From NCBI GenBank assembly GCA_051530055.1, contig CM121342.1, positions 13,531,480 through 13,595,479 of the forward strand: a DNA stretch of 64,000 bases, read 5' to 3'. Of the stretch, positions 61,353 to 64,000 are shown in pieces. This DNA is from Neoechinorhynchus agilis (taxonomy: Eukaryota; Animalia; Acanthocephala). The translations under genes and the position numbers were made by a program. How positions within the stretch are numbered: position 1 is the first letter of the stretch; every line of letters starts with the position of its first letter. Under the pieces are notes generated by a model. That model worked only from the letters and a program-made list of their open reading frames with translations. It had not been told where the DNA came from and did no database searches.

Positions 61353-62989
61353 CGTGATTAGCTGTAATTGATTTCTCAGTACCTGAAAATATTAGATTTT
61401 AAAAAACATAACTAGCTAAAAGGAGTGAAAGGGAGATCTCCGATTGGGGTTATCGAAAACGAAGTAAAATAATTAAACCATTGATCACATATGCTCGTGG
61501 CTGAAAAGAAGGGGACGCACGACATAGACAAAGGTACCAATAATGCTCACCTTTAAAAGTGAAAGTGTAGATGATGAGGAACACCCATATTTATACCCCA
61601 GTTGTATATTAAACATATCCGATTCACAATTGTTCAACGATACAAAATATTCATAAGATTTATTTATATATTTTGGCTTTTCGCCTTTGTATGTAAATGT
61701 TCAGCATTCAAACTGTCCATTAAGAAAAAAGATTACATTATTTGTCCACATTGTTTTTCCAATATCACAAACGATCCACGTTTTTGCGATTTGGTTAAGA
61801 TGCAGATTAATACTGGAATTAAACAACCCATGGGGTGTTTAGCTCATAAAATCGCAATTAACAACTTGCAGTGTGCTTCCATCCCAGTGTTAGCGTAGAG
61901 AGTTCAGTTTATAAAGATAGATCATGCGTTTTATCACATATATGTCATTTTTCAAGTATTTTTACAATCAAATGCAAATGAACAAAAAGCGCAACTTCTG
62001 TATACGCTTTGTTAAATAAGCATCATTGTCTCAGAGATGTCAATATTTCTTTATCGTGAGAGTTGGTTGGTATGAATGCTGGCGATTAAATCGCAATATC
62101 CGTTTTAGAGCTATAAATATTTGAATGGTCGCTACATTTTTTTGTTCTCATTGTTGTTCCATTATGACTCGACAAAATACGGTGACTGAGCAAATTCAAT
62201 CATTCGATGGAGCGAGGGTGATTTCATCTTGATTAATTGATTTCCGAATTGGGTGCTTGTTGTCAACGTTTCAGAGGTATTTGAACTTTCATAAAACATC
62301 TTTGTCTATTGTGACAACCCGCTAAGCATTGGTGTTCTCATTTGACGCACTAATAAGACGAATCTAGAAAATAATGCCAGAATCAATAATAAGTAATGAA
62401 ATTAATTTTTTTTTAGGAAGCCCGCTCGTGCTGATGTTCGAAATTCGATAACTGAGTCCTAAAGACGATGAGGCTCAACATTAAAGTCGGGATCCATCGA
62501 AGACATGGCTGTAACCAGAACTACAAAAGTAACACTATACCAAAATCGATATACAACACCTCCTATATCAGTCATGGTAACGGGCAGAGGGCTAGTTATT
62601 GCAAATTCTTCATCCATTGAGAGCGACGTTCTCAGTCGATAAAAATTCGCTGGAAATCCACCTCGATAGTGGATCATTCAATTTGCCCCCCACATATGGT
62701 CCGAACAGCTAGCTTCTCTTGACGCCTAAGAATAAGTGGAGTGACATGTTTGACCATAGTCACAGAATCCGCGAATTCCAATTTTTTTACACTGGATTGA
62801 CTAAGTCTGACGTGATGAGAGAATACTCCCGGTCCTTGCACAATCTCTCATCGATTAAACGTAACGCGTTTTCCATGGGCTCCTTAAATACACGAAGACT
62901 ACGAGGACCCCCCATAACATCGCTGGCAACATTAAATACAATGCGTCATTCAGAAGTCTGGAGCGTCAACAATCCTGGGCGAATGACTG

Positions 62990-64000
62990 TTTGAATATTG
63001 GACAAGCAGATATAATTGTACGACCTTCATAGATTATGTTCTGTGGATTTGCCATGTCCTTCTGCAAGCTTTTAGCACCCATTTCATGGCATATCTTGAA
63101 TACAGAATTCCTATCCACACGTTGAAGTCCGAGAACAGAATTAGACTACTGTTGTTCTAGCGATCACGCTCGACAGAACGGTCCGAAACAAAGAATGATT
63201 ATCCCCTACATTAGAAACGCATCCAGTGTCAGTTATGCTTTTGTATGACATTTGATAATTGGTTAGTCGATGGACAAACGTCTGGGGGTTGCCGTTTAAA
63301 GAGTGCACCATCGAGTTCCATAGTGAGGCAAAGGTTTCAGAATAACCGTCCCGACTAACAAGCGAGATGGAGATATGAGTGCGGAAAAAGACGCTCACAC
63401 AATCGCCCGCAAGTCCTGAAACAACCCTGTCGGATACCCAATCCGACGTACAGAACTCTTTAAAGTGTTCGCTTCGTATTGCTCGAAGAAGAGCGGAACG
63501 ACGAGCCATTCAGCCTTCCCCGCTAATTGACAATCGCTAAAAGAGCTTCTAGCTCGTTAGTCAATGCTGCTGCCCAATGTTACTTGCGCATCATAGGAAG
63601 GTTCTCTTTGTGCGAGTAATAGTCCCACGAGCATTTTCCTGGAATTGCCGATTTTATGAAGGAGATTGCGAACTTTCTCATCAAATGCAAAAGCATGCCT
63701 AGCCGTTTCAAGTAGCGTCCTCCATTTTACGAACAAACGCGTCAACGTCTCGAGGAACATAACCATTGTATTCCCTAGACCGAGAAGAGGCAAAATTAAG
63801 CGTCTGATTGCTCCGATTCCTGATCTTCTTTTCTTTGATCTGAACAAATCCTCCTTTGGGTTCCTCAATAGCACGTGATAAATAGGCTATAAAAGTAGTG
63901 CCAATATCAACTGCAGTCGAATGCAGTGATTCCAATTGAAGGTCTATTTGATAGATTCCATCCATATTGACCAGCGCCAAAGCGCCTTCGTGAATCAGGT
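62990..64000 (-). mobile_element. Strongly decayed LTR-retrotransposon integrase remnant
   Basis: Fragments PRDVDAFVRK, HFKEFC and LTNYQMSYKSITDTG resemble integrase zinc-binding and core motifs; many stops. Confidence 0.45.

Noticed and set aside
2458-63878. Many short ORFs overlapping real genes or elements in antisense or alternative frames (e.g. 2920..3300, 28967..29281, 36425..36955, 52038..52403)
   Set aside because: Shadows of the true coding frame; no independent motifs

Overview
AT-rich eukaryotic (animal, probably spiralian invertebrate; inferred) genomic window with short introns (mostly ~45-65 nt). Recognisable host genes: SLC17-family MFS transporter, OVCA2/FSH1-type serine hydrolase, an inverted pair of Tudor-domain genes forming a 4.6-kb palindrome, VPS4, a ZDHHC3/7-like palmitoyltransferase, a formin, a PTB/PID-like protein interrupted by one frameshift, and several unnamed multi-exon coiled-coil or membrane-protein genes. 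Retroelements are dense: a decayed APE-type LINE, a CRE-clade RT remnant, a CsRn1-like Gypsy LTR element, a second integrase remnant, three Penelope-like (PLE) loci and a tRNA-headed SINE family. The most notable pattern is one insertion architecture repeated at several scales: target-site duplication, two copies joined head-to-head with 3' ends outward, one arm 3'-clipped, second target-site duplication. It occurs in a 2.4-kb PLE with hammerhead-like motifs, a 170-bp mini-PLE and three SINE insertions, and suggests reverse transcription primed from both target nicks. All calls were made by eye; no database searches were run.
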